DNA of 64,000 nt from the NCBI GenBank assembly GCA_036559885.1, contig DATBSH010000320.1, positions 1,565 to 65,564 on the forward strand, written 5' to 3'. The DNA is from Pyrinomonadaceae bacterium. Lineage in GTDB: Bacteria; Acidobacteriota; Blastocatellia; Pyrinomonadales; Pyrinomonadaceae. The first letter of the stretch is position 1, and every line of letters begins with the position of its first letter. The notes under the pieces are model-generated. The model did no database searches and was not told where the DNA came from. It saw only the letters and a program-made list of their open reading frames with translations. Shown piece after piece: positions 25,187-33,599 of this stretch. The translations under genes and the position numbers were made by a program.

Positions 25187-26110
25187 TTAATACCTCACAC
25201 GAGGATCCAAAAACGCGTAAGCAATATCGACCAGCAGATTCATCAGTAGCAGCGTGATAGCGATGAAGGCAACTATGCCGATAATCAGCGGCTCGTCACG
25301 ATTCAACGAGGCCTGAATAAAGTAGTTTCCAAGACCTGGAAGCGCGAAGATGCGTTCGACCACCACAGTGCCTGTTAACAGGAAAGCTAGCGCAGGCCCT
25401 GTATACGAGATCACGGGCATCAACCCGCCGCGCAATGCGTGTCGTACAACCACAGCCCGTTCACTTAATCCTTTGGCACGAGCCGTTCGAATGTAGTCAG
25501 ATCTAAGGACCTCGAGCATTCCGGCGCGCGTCAATCGAGCGATGTACGCCATGTACACCGCGGAGAGCGTCAGCACAGGAAGAATGAGATTTCGACTCGG
25601 GAAGCCACCCCATCGAGACGGCGGCAACCAATAGAGCGTTAGCGAAAAGACAAGAACGAGAATGGGCCCCAGAACGAAATTAGGCACGGAGATGCCAAGC
25701 ATCGCCAGCGCCATCGAGGAATAATCCCAACGCGAGTTTTGCTTGAGTGCTGCGATGGATCCGGCGGCAATCCCGACTATGAGCGCGAGAATATAAGCGA
25801 GAATTCCCACTGAGGCGGAGACTGGCAGCGAGCGAGCGATGATCGTGTTAACTGATTGCCCTTCGTACTTCAGCGATGTACCGAAGTCGGCATGCCGAAT
25901 GATATTCCACATGGTCCGGCCGTACTGCTGGTACCAAGGTTTGTCGAGACCATACTTGTCGCGGATGTTTTTTTCGATCGCGGGAGGTAGTTTCTTTTCA
26001 CCTGAATAGAAATTTCCAGGGGCGAGTTTGATAAGAACCCACGTGATCGAAATGACGACCAGGATAGTGGGAATGGTGACAAGAAGACGGCGGATTATGA
26101 ATCTGAGCAT
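25187..26110 (-). CDS. ABC transporter permease (OppB/DppB-like)
   Basis: MLRFIIRRLL... N-terminus typical of OppB/DppB; EAA loop YIRTARAKGLSERAVVVRHALR. Confidence 0.9.
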   Translation of the reverse strand: MLRFIIRRLLVTIPTILVVISITWVLIKLAPGNFYSGEKKLPPAIEKNIRDKYGLDKPWYQQYGRTMWNIIRHADFGTSLKYEGQSVNTIIARSLPVSASVGILAYILALIVGIAAGSIAALKQNSRWDYSSMALAMLGISVPNFVLGPILVLVFSLTLYWLPPSRWGGFPSRNLILPVLTLSAVYMAYIARLTRAGMLEVLRSDYIRTARAKGLSERAVVVRHALRGGLMPVISYTGPALAFLLTGTVVVERIFALPGLGNYFIQASLNRDEPLIIGIVAFIAITLLLMNLLVDIAYAFLDPRVRY

Positions 26111-26172
26111 TTGGCTACGACAGAGGGGTTCGTCTGTCTCAATCTTTGTTAGCTCAAGAAGTTAACATCGGT

Positions 26173-28143
26173 TCACTCAGCCAGACTCGGCGTTCCAAAA
26201 TCCCACTTGGATTGATCTCTCTCAATATAAACGTACTTCCACGGAAACAGGCCGCCAGGATTTGGGTACATCTCCTTCACATACGGCTTCTTTACCCAAT
26301 TCACGGCCGACGTGTCGATAGGGATAACGGGTTGCGCATCAAGCATGTATTTCTCCGCCTTGGCCAGTAGTGCATACCGCTGCTGGGGATCGAGCATGCG
26401 ATTGGCTTCATCCACCATTGCTAAGTACTTCGGGTCAAGCCAGCCGGTGCCGCTTTCACCACCGGTATAGAACAAGCTTAGAAACGTAAAAGGATCCATG
26501 TAATCTGCGGACCACGCGCCGCGCGAAAAACCTTTGTACTCTAACTTGGCCCGCGCGTTCAGGAACGTCCTCCATTCCATGTTACGAAGACTAACGGTAA
26601 TGCCCAGATTCTGTTTCCATTGCGCCTGCATCCACTCGGCCATTGCTTTGTTCGATTCCTGAGTGTTGTAGATATATTCAACCTCGCTCACCGGAAACGA
26701 GGGACAGGAGTAACTACCATCCGCTCTCTTAACGACCGGGAAACCTGCTTCCGCAAGTAATTGTCTTGCTCGATCAGGATCAAATTGATCGCCTTTAGGT
26801 TGCGGATATCCTTGAAAGATGCCTTCAGGAGTAAAGGCAGTGAGAGGTTTAACAATTCTTCGCCATTGGGCCCACGCGTTTTTGTCGATAGCGAAGTTGA
26901 ACGCCTTTCGAACCCGAACGTCATTCATCGGCGGCTTCGTGACGTTGATCTGCAGGTAATCGATCGCGGCTTCTACGGCATCCATGTAGTCCTTTTTATT
27001 ACGCACGACATCAAGCCACGCATTCGGCACTGTATGATTCAGCACCGCATCAACCTCTCCGACCTTGTAGAGATTCATGATCGCAGGGTTGTCGGACATT
27101 GGATAGAAGTGGATCTCGTCGAGCTTAACAGTTGCTGCGTCCCAATACATCGGATCTTTTTCCACAACGAGCTTGTCGTACGGTCGCCAGGTTTTGACCT
27201 TAAACGGACCGCAGGTAACGATGTGTTCGGGTTCTGTCCAACGGTCGCCGTATTGTTCAATGACCTTCCGCGGAACGAGGCGGAAAACCTGATGGGCCAG
27301 GAGTCCGCTAAAGAATGGCGCCGGTTGCACAAGCGAGATCCTGAGAACATACTTATCGAGCGCTTCGACTCCTATGTCTTCCGCCCTAACGGTAACAAAC
27401 TCCTTTCCCGTTGCGGCTGCTTTAAGTTTCGGATTCTTGTCGAGTAACTTGGTGCGGGCCTTCTGATCTCCCGGTAAAGTCAGACGAGTCGGCGTATGCA
27501 TCAACTGATGAAAAGCAGAATCAGGATCCGCATTTGGCTCCTCAGCAGTTGCTCGATATTCACTTGAAGCTGCCAAGGGTTTCGAACTAAGCGGCTCAGG
27601 CACAGGATCGTCTTGAAAATCACGCGCGAGTAAAAACTGACCTGTCGCGGGGTCTCTCACGAATACGGCTCGTGCGGTGTAAGCCTCTGCATACTTTATG
27701 TAAGCGCCGAGATAGGCATTCCGTGAAGCCAGCTCTGGTGAGAGCGCGCGCCGAAAACTGTAAACGAAATCATTCGCGTCAATTGGATCGCCATTGGACC
27801 AGCGGCCGTTGTGTCGGAGATGAAATGTGAACTCCGAGGAATCGTTATTTATGTCCCAACGTTCGGCGAGAGCGGGAATCGGGCGAAGGTTTTTCGGATG
27901 ATATTCGACAAGGCCTTCATAAATCGCCATGTAAATTCGCGCTTCCGGTTGTCCAGTACTCATTGGCGGGTCGAGAGTCTCCGGTTCATCACCGGTGACG
28001 TAACGTAGGATATTCCGTTCCGGTGGTATTGTTTTGCCAAAAAAGACCTCGTTCTTCGCGGAAATACCACACGAAAGACTGGCAATCGCCAATGTGGCGA
28101 CTGATAGCAAAGCGCCTAGTCGTTTCCAGTTTCGGACTCGCAT
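26173..28143 (-). CDS. Family-5 (peptide/nickel) ABC substrate-binding lipoprotein (OppA-like)
   Basis: ORF 26173..28194. The ATG at 28143 gives MRVRNWKRLGALLSVATLAIASLSCG with a lipobox. Large SBP_5-like body. Confidence 0.85.
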   Translation of the reverse strand: MRVRNWKRLGALLSVATLAIASLSCGISAKNEVFFGKTIPPERNILRYVTGDEPETLDPPMSTGQPEARIYMAIYEGLVEYHPKNLRPIPALAERWDINNDSSEFTFHLRHNGRWSNGDPIDANDFVYSFRRALSPELASRNAYLGAYIKYAEAYTARAVFVRDPATGQFLLARDFQDDPVPEPLSSKPLAASSEYRATAEEPNADPDSAFHQLMHTPTRLTLPGDQKARTKLLDKNPKLKAAATGKEFVTVRAEDIGVEALDKYVLRISLVQPAPFFSGLLAHQVFRLVPRKVIEQYGDRWTEPEHIVTCGPFKVKTWRPYDKLVVEKDPMYWDAATVKLDEIHFYPMSDNPAIMNLYKVGEVDAVLNHTVPNAWLDVVRNKKDYMDAVEAAIDYLQINVTKPPMNDVRVRKAFNFAIDKNAWAQWRRIVKPLTAFTPEGIFQGYPQPKGDQFDPDRARQLLAEAGFPVVKRADGSYSCPSFPVSEVEYIYNTQESNKAMAEWMQAQWKQNLGITVSLRNMEWRTFLNARAKLEYKGFSRGAWSADYMDPFTFLSLFYTGGESGTGWLDPKYLAMVDEANRMLDPQQRYALLAKAEKYMLDAQPVIPIDTSAVNWVKKPYVKEMYPNPGGLFPWKYVYIERDQSKWDFGTPSLAE

Positions 28144-28346
28144 CGGAAACTCCATCCGCCCTGAGAGCATCTCGGTGGCCGGCAGCCAACCCATCTACTA
28201 CTCAAGCGAGTTAAAGAGGATACCCGCCACGTGAGGGGTCAACGCAGGAGAGACTCTCAACTTAAGCTGAGAGTTGAGTTGAACTTACCATGCGGGGAAA
28301 AGGTTTATCAAGATTCTTGAGGTCCGGTGCGCTTTACCTTGTCGTT

Positions 28347-28459
28347 CTGATGTCCGATACGCTTTAGCTTGTCGTGACGTGCTCTATATTGGACGTGCGA
28401 TTTCTATTCGGTTGGACAATGCCGCATCTCACGACAAGCTAAAGCGTATCGGACATCAG
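28347..28459. repeat. Perfect 31-bp inverted repeat with a 51-nt loop
   Basis: CTGATGTCCGATACGCTTTAGCTTGTCGTGA (28347..28377) and its exact reverse complement at 28429..28459. Confidence 0.9.
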
Positions 28460-28460
28460 T

Positions 28461-28646
28461 TCACCGTGCCTTGTGGGACTGAAGCACCAACCGCAATGCC
28501 CAGAGACATAATCCGGCGGTCAGCAGCGTGATCAGAACAAAAAACGGTTCGGTAGCCAGGCGACCGTTCTCAGCAAAAATACGGACTACGTGCGCGATTG
28601 TGAGAAGGCCGAACAGTGCACCGGTGATGATGACGTAAGCTCTCAT
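28461..28646 (-). CDS. Small two-TM membrane protein
   Basis: 61 aa with two hydrophobic helices. Its stop abuts the hairpin at 28347..28459. Confidence 0.55.
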   Translation of the reverse strand: MRAYVIITGALFGLLTIAHVVRIFAENGRLATEPFFVLITLLTAGLCLWALRLVLQSHKAR

Positions 28647-28686
28647 AGTCTCTCTCCTGGTTAGACCAATGACCAGCGTTTGTATG

Positions 28687-29265
28687 TCAAGGTGTCGGTG
28701 TCTGCCGCTCTAGTACCGGCTCAGTGGGTTCAGGAATGCGCAGCTTATCTGCTGCAGCGGGAAATAGAATCTTCAGTGTCTCGCCCTTCAGTTGGTCGCG
28801 ATTGGCCGTGACAAACGTCCAGTTCTTACCCGCATCGTTCGAAACACCGATCATTGAAGAGCGGCCTACTAATATCCCTTCGGGTACTTTCATACGCATT
28901 GTCACCGGAACAATCGCGTAGATTTGATTCTCTACCTCAACGATGTCGGTCGGATCTCCAACAGTAGCCGACAGTACACTGAACTTCTCAGACTGCATTT
29001 CGTCGCGAACAGTCTTCAGATTATCGATGTACTGTTCGCGCCCACCCATGACCTCGATGAGTTTTGGATATGTTAGGTCAGCAGCTCGGGCGTCATCACC
29101 CTTAAGAGTTACCTGATTTAGTTCATCGGCTTGAGTTTTCAGGTTGGGATAGCGAGTTTCAAAGGAGCTTTTTGTGGTTCCGGTTTGCGGTGCGCTCTGA
29201 CGCCTACAGCCGATGGGCAAGAGTAACAAGCCAATCAGCAAGAGAGACAAGATTCTATTGATCAT
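28687..29265 (-). CDS. Hypothetical lipoprotein
   Basis: Signal peptide with lipobox LLLPIGC; 192 aa. Confidence 0.7.
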   Translation of the reverse strand: MINRILSLLLIGLLLLPIGCRRQSAPQTGTTKSSFETRYPNLKTQADELNQVTLKGDDARAADLTYPKLIEVMGGREQYIDNLKTVRDEMQSEKFSVLSATVGDPTDIVEVENQIYAIVPVTMRMKVPEGILVGRSSMIGVSNDAGKNWTFVTANRDQLKGETLKILFPAAADKLRIPEPTEPVLERQTPTP

Positions 29266-29283
29266 AACTATGGACGTAATGGG

Positions 29284-29934
29284 TCAACCGATCTTTACTG
29301 CATATCCAAGCCCATCACCAACCGCCAACACTTCCGCGCGGAGTTGTGGATGATTGACAAAGTAGTTATTGAAATCGCGCAGGGCTAACGTGGACGACTC
29401 TGACTGTTCATTTCGATCAGCGACCTTGCCGCCCCACAACAAGTTATCCACGATAACGACACCGCCGACATGCAGACGCTCTAATCCCAGGTCGAGATAT
29501 CGTCGATACTCTTCCTTAACGGCGTCGATGAAAAGAAGATCGAATGAATCCGTAAGCTTAGGCATTACCTCGAGTGCCTTGCCTCGTTCGATCCTGACCT
29601 GTTCAAGTAGACCTGCTCGAGTCAGGAAATCAGTTGACGCTCTGATCATGTCGTTGTTGGGTTCAATCGTTACAACAAGTCCAGTTCTTCCCATGCCTCG
29701 GGCCAGATGAATTACTGAATAGCCGATTGCCATGCCAATCTCGAGAGCCTTGGTCGCTCTGCTCGCTCGTGCCGTAATTTCCAGAAAGCAAGCGACCTCT
29801 CGGTCAGCAATAGGCACTCGGTGCTCAGCAGCATACTTCTCCATTTCGAGTAACAATGGATCCGGCTGTTGCAGGAGCCGATCAAGATACTCCGCTTGTT
29901 CGCGTTGAATGATTGCGTCCAGTCGTGCCTTCAT
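29284..29934 (-). CDS. Class I SAM-dependent O-methyltransferase (family 3, caffeoyl-CoA-OMT-like)
   Basis: ALEIGMAIGYS motif I, FDLLFIDA, GGVVIVDNLLWGG, typical of the cation-dependent OMT family. Confidence 0.85.
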   Translation of the reverse strand: MKARLDAIIQREQAEYLDRLLQQPDPLLLEMEKYAAEHRVPIADREVACFLEITARASRATKALEIGMAIGYSVIHLARGMGRTGLVVTIEPNNDMIRASTDFLTRAGLLEQVRIERGKALEVMPKLTDSFDLLFIDAVKEEYRRYLDLGLERLHVGGVVIVDNLLWGGKVADRNEQSESSTLALRDFNNYFVNHPQLRAEVLAVGDGLGYAVKIG

Positions 29935-29945
29935 TAGTCCTTCCT

Positions 29946-29976
29946 TAAAGCAGATCCACCGGTTTCCACAGATTAT
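29946..29976. repeat. Solo copy of the dispersed AAGCAGATCCAC... repeat
   Basis: AAAGCAGATCCACCGGTTTCCACAGATTATG, 12 nt upstream of the O-methyltransferase start codon. Confidence 0.7.
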
Positions 29977-30179
29977 GCCCTAGTCAGTAAAATTTAAAGA
30001 ACAAAGAATCTCACAAACCTATCCGCGAATTGTTCTCCATTTAATTCCAAGCCAGCGGAATCGTACGCGTTTTATTCTGAACCCCAACGGCTTTTTCGGA
30101 TCCTGTTTGAAATGATAGGTTCGTTCGGTTTGAAGATTAAAACCTTCACTTCCTTCTAGCTGGCACGCGACAGTAACCG

Positions 30180-30764
30180 TTAGGAGAGCGCCTGTACGTG
30201 GTGGTTCCGAGTCCCAGAGTTGGCGGAATGATGATCAAGTTCAAATGACCATAAACGGCCATCCTTGACGTAGACTATCCCTGCTTGCTTCGGCTCACCC
30301 TCTTCAAGCAGAGGGCGTTCGTCCTTTACACCACGGCGCCAGTGTGCCTCCCATCCAGAGAAGCCGATTGACAAAAGCACGCCAAGGCCATCCATAGCTT
30401 TGGTCATCCTCACCCTGCGTCGCACCGAGCCTGGGCCAAGATTCTTCACTTCCAACTGAAACTGGTGCGACGTCTCTCTGATGTCTGCCACGACCTTGCC
30501 TACGGCCAACATTGGCGCCCGGGAGCGTGCGAACACAACGCCGAAATAAAAGGACAGTGCTAGGGGACCTACAGCTAGAGCTATTCTGTCGGGTGACACG
30601 CCAGCGCTGGCAATCTGTTGCGGCCACCGGTCTCTTGCAAGGACACCGAGGGCAATGATCGCAGCAGGCACAAGAAGTGTGAGAAGTTTCATCACGCCTT
30701 CAGTCGCCTTTATACGCTGTTCGAGCCAGTAAATGTCGCGGACAACTTGGCGCCAGAATCGCAC
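30180..30764 (-). CDS. Hypothetical membrane protein
   Basis: 194-aa ORF with two hydrophobic helices. No motif recognised. Confidence 0.45.
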   Translation of the reverse strand: MRFWRQVVRDIYWLEQRIKATEGVMKLLTLLVPAAIIALGVLARDRWPQQIASAGVSPDRIALAVGPLALSFYFGVVFARSRAPMLAVGKVVADIRETSHQFQLEVKNLGPGSVRRRVRMTKAMDGLGVLLSIGFSGWEAHWRRGVKDERPLLEEGEPKQAGIVYVKDGRLWSFELDHHSANSGTRNHHVQALS

Positions 30765-31016
30765 CGCGCAAGGCTATCACTAGCAAGCGGAAAATCGCCA
30801 CACTTTGGACCAGAATGAGGTTGCGGAGTTTTACTGTTGGACTAATGCGGTTTTGACGAAAATTAAGCGATCGCGACGCTTCGGACGGACTCTTAGGATA
30901 TCTGGACGGGAGCTGCAGGCGGATCAGACATGAGGCAGCTCGCCTTTCCATACAGGAATAAATTCCCGACAGGTGTCCGGAGAATCCGCCTCAAATCTTA
31001 TAAGCGTTGTCGGGGC

Positions 31017-32534
31017 TCAACTAGACGTCTCGCGATTTTCCTGCGCTTCACCACCAACTGAGACATAGCGCCGGCCCAGCCCTAACTGCCGCAATTTGTG
31101 CTGCAGTGATTGCCGGTGCATATCGAGTATCTCCGCTGCGCGGGTCACGTTTCCCTGCGTGTACTCGAGACAGCGCGTGATGTAACGGCGCTCAAATTCC
31201 CTTCGGTCTTCACGAAAGTCAGCGGTGAAAGGAACGCTTAAACCCTCATCGCCTTCACCGTCTACACGCGCCGCAGCTGGACTCGCAGCGGTGATTTCGT
31301 CCGGCAGGTCGTGGACAGCGATGTCATCACCTTCAGCCATGATCACTGCGCGATCAATCGTGTTCTTTAGCTCTCGAACATTACCCGGCCAACTATATTC
31401 AACGAGACGTTTCAAGGCACCCTGACTAAGTGACCGCTGCGGCAGTTCGTAACGCTCAGAAGCCAAGCGCAGAAATGTGTCAGCCATCATCGGAATGTCT
31501 TCTCGTCGGTCTCGTAGTGGCGGGATATCAATCGTCACAACTCGCAACCGATAGAACAGATCCGCGCGGAAGTTCCCGTTGTTTATTTCTTGCTCGAGCG
31601 GCCGATGAGTGGCGCTGACAATGCGAACATCTACTGGAATCGACTCGTTTCCACCAAGTCGTTCAATGTGTCGTTCTTCCAAAGCTCGCAGAAGTTTCGC
31701 CTGGACGTTTGAGCTCATATCGCCGATTTCGTCCAGAAAAAGCGTACCGCCATCGGCCTGTTCAAACTTCCCTTCTCTTCTCGCTGCCGCACCGGTAAAT
31801 GCGCCTTTTTCGTGACCGAATAGCTCCGACTCAATCAGCTCCGACGGCAGAGCCGCGCAATTCACTGCGATGAACGCACCGTTCCGTCTCGCACTGTTTC
31901 GTTCGTGAATTTCGCGTGCAACTAGTTCCTTTCCAGTGCCCGACTCCCCTCTGACGAGCACCGTCGCATCAGTCTCCGCCACTTTCTCAATCATGCTGCG
32001 GACCCGCTGCATTGATTCCGAGTTGCCGATTAGCGCGCCACGATGCGATCGCTCCACTTCAATTCGCCGCCGCAGGGAAAAGTTTTCGCGGCGAAGCTGC
32101 ACCGTCTCGGCAGCATTCTTCACAACAAGTCGCAAGTCGTCGAGCTCAAATGGCTTTGAGAGATAGTCGTAAGCGCCTGACTTAACGGCTTCGACGGCCA
32201 GACGTTCGGAGCCATGAGCAGTAATGACAATCACAAGTGGTGCGTTATCCCCGTCTCTGAGCTCACGGAGAAACTCGAGACCTGATATGCCTGGGAGATT
32301 CACATCAAGCAGCAGGAGGTCAGGCTGTTGCTGCTTCATCAAGGCGCGAGCAGTCTCGGCGGATCCCGCTTCTGAAATGCTGTAACCGAAGGTTGAGAGG
32401 GCTCGCCGTATGCCGTAGCGGGCGGCTTCCTCATCATCGACAATCATCAATCGCAATGCGTCTTTTCTCACTTCCGGATAGTTTAGAACCTTACCGTTGG
32501 ATTTCCCTAGCGCATCGCGTGCCACACCCCACAC
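31017..32534 (-). CDS. Sigma54-dependent response regulator (NtrC/Fis family: REC, AAA+ and HTH domains)
   Basis: REC LMIVDDEE...LLLLDVNLPG. AAA+ GESGTGKE, GAFTGA loop (HEKGAFTGA), ESELFGHE. C-terminal Fis-type HTH. The 5' end is uncertain (GTG at 32534 or a downstream start). Confidence 0.9.
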   Translation of the reverse strand: MWGVARDALGKSNGKVLNYPEVRKDALRLMIVDDEEAARYGIRRALSTFGYSISEAGSAETARALMKQQQPDLLLLDVNLPGISGLEFLRELRDGDNAPLVIVITAHGSERLAVEAVKSGAYDYLSKPFELDDLRLVVKNAAETVQLRRENFSLRRRIEVERSHRGALIGNSESMQRVRSMIEKVAETDATVLVRGESGTGKELVAREIHERNSARRNGAFIAVNCAALPSELIESELFGHEKGAFTGAAARREGKFEQADGGTLFLDEIGDMSSNVQAKLLRALEERHIERLGGNESIPVDVRIVSATHRPLEQEINNGNFRADLFYRLRVVTIDIPPLRDRREDIPMMADTFLRLASERYELPQRSLSQGALKRLVEYSWPGNVRELKNTIDRAVIMAEGDDIAVHDLPDEITAASPAAARVDGEGDEGLSVPFTADFREDRREFERRYITRCLEYTQGNVTRAAEILDMHRQSLQHKLRQLGLGRRYVSVGGEAQENRETSS

Positions 32535-32598
32535 AAAAACAGAGGCGGCCCACAGTGAGGCCGTCCCTCAATTAATGACCTTGCAGACCACGATCAGC

Positions 32599-32706
32599 GG
32601 GTCTCAGTTAGTACCGTACGCGGTAGCGTCGGGTCGGCCCTTTTCAAAAACAGGGTTGCGATTACACTCTGACCCGACGCTACCCGTACGGTACTGACTG
32701 AGACCC
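32599..32706. repeat. Imperfect ~37-bp inverted repeat with a 35-nt loop
   Basis: GGGTCTCAGTTAGTACCGTACGCGGTAGCGTCGGGTC (32599..32635) against GACCCGACGCTACCCGTACGGTACTGACTGAGACCC (32671..32706), with one mismatch and one bulge. Confidence 0.9.
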
Positions 32707-32721
32707 ACTAAATCTCAAAAA

Positions 32722-33363
32722 CTACCGCTGCGTTCGGCGAGCTGATACCACCAGGATGATTGCGTCACCTGACGGACCAGCGTTCAACGTGCCGACTACC
32801 ACGGGTTCTCCTTCGCGCAAACTAATGTCCGTATTCAACCCCGTGTTCTCGTAATTGATAACTGGAAATCCTGTTCCGGTCTGGGCCACGTTTGTTCCAG
32901 TAACGATCGGAATACGTGCCCCAAAGCTAAACCGCTGCATCTGGACCACAGGATTACCTTCGGCATTACGTAACAATTTGACTGCCCCCACTTTGAACTC
33001 ACTAAAGCTCGGCGTAGCAGCCGTAGCTGTACCGGAGGGAGCGGCGAATGGTCCACCTATCCAGCGCAAATCCAATCGCCCTTCGTTTCTGACTCGATTA
33101 ACGAGAGTTGCAGCGAGTCTGTAATTCTTGAAAGGCAGCGCTGAGCGCAACTGTTTGATGACAGAATCGAGCGCCGCAGGCAATCTCGAGTCATCAACGT
33201 CTGAGTTTGTAGCAACGATAAGGTAAAGTTGTGTGTCGAGGTTTACCTCGGAATCAAAGGCCTGACTGGTTTGTTGCGCCTTTACAGCGGCGGCTCCGGA
33301 AGCCAAAACAACCGCAACCAAAAAGGCGGATAGCATCACGCCCAGAACCTTTCGCATATTCAT
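32722..33363 (-). CDS. Hypothetical secreted protein
   Basis: ORF 32722..33561. The ATG at 33363 has AAGGAG upstream and gives the signal peptide MNMRKVLGVMLSAFLVAVVLASGAAAVKAQ. Confidence 0.65.
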   Translation of the reverse strand: MNMRKVLGVMLSAFLVAVVLASGAAAVKAQQTSQAFDSEVNLDTQLYLIVATNSDVDDSRLPAALDSVIKQLRSALPFKNYRLAATLVNRVRNEGRLDLRWIGGPFAAPSGTATAATPSFSEFKVGAVKLLRNAEGNPVVQMQRFSFGARIPIVTGTNVAQTGTGFPVINYENTGLNTDISLREGEPVVVGTLNAGPSGDAIILVVSARRTQR

Positions 33364-33599
33364 GCTCTTTAATCTCCTTCTGACTGACAAAAATAGAGTT
33401 CCTAAATGAGATGGAAGAGTGCGCCGCGAAGTTATGGGCGGACCTGACCAGGCGGCAGGAGCAGATTGCAGGGGCAGGTTGTTTTTGCTTACGGACGTTT
33501 TTCCTGCTCCTGCGTGGTGCTCCTGCTCCTGACCTCGGCGCTTGCAGGTCAGCCTAAACACGCGCTACCGCGATAAAAGTTCCCACGGCTGAAAAGAAT

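Noticed and set aside
26761-27447. 228-aa plus-strand ORF inside the substrate-binding-protein gene
   Set aside because: It lies antisense to a well-supported SBP_5-like gene. It has no motifs and looks like a typical long shadow ORF.
30700-30951. 83-aa minus-strand ORF upstream of 30180..30764
   Set aside because: It overlaps the start of the neighbouring ORF, is Arg/Ser/Leu-rich and has no start context.
33493-33560. CCTGCTC-type short repeats and a 7-bp hairpin (CTGACCT/AGGTCAG) downstream of the kinase stop, considered as a terminator
   Set aside because: The stem is short and no U-tract follows on the minus strand. It is too weak to call.
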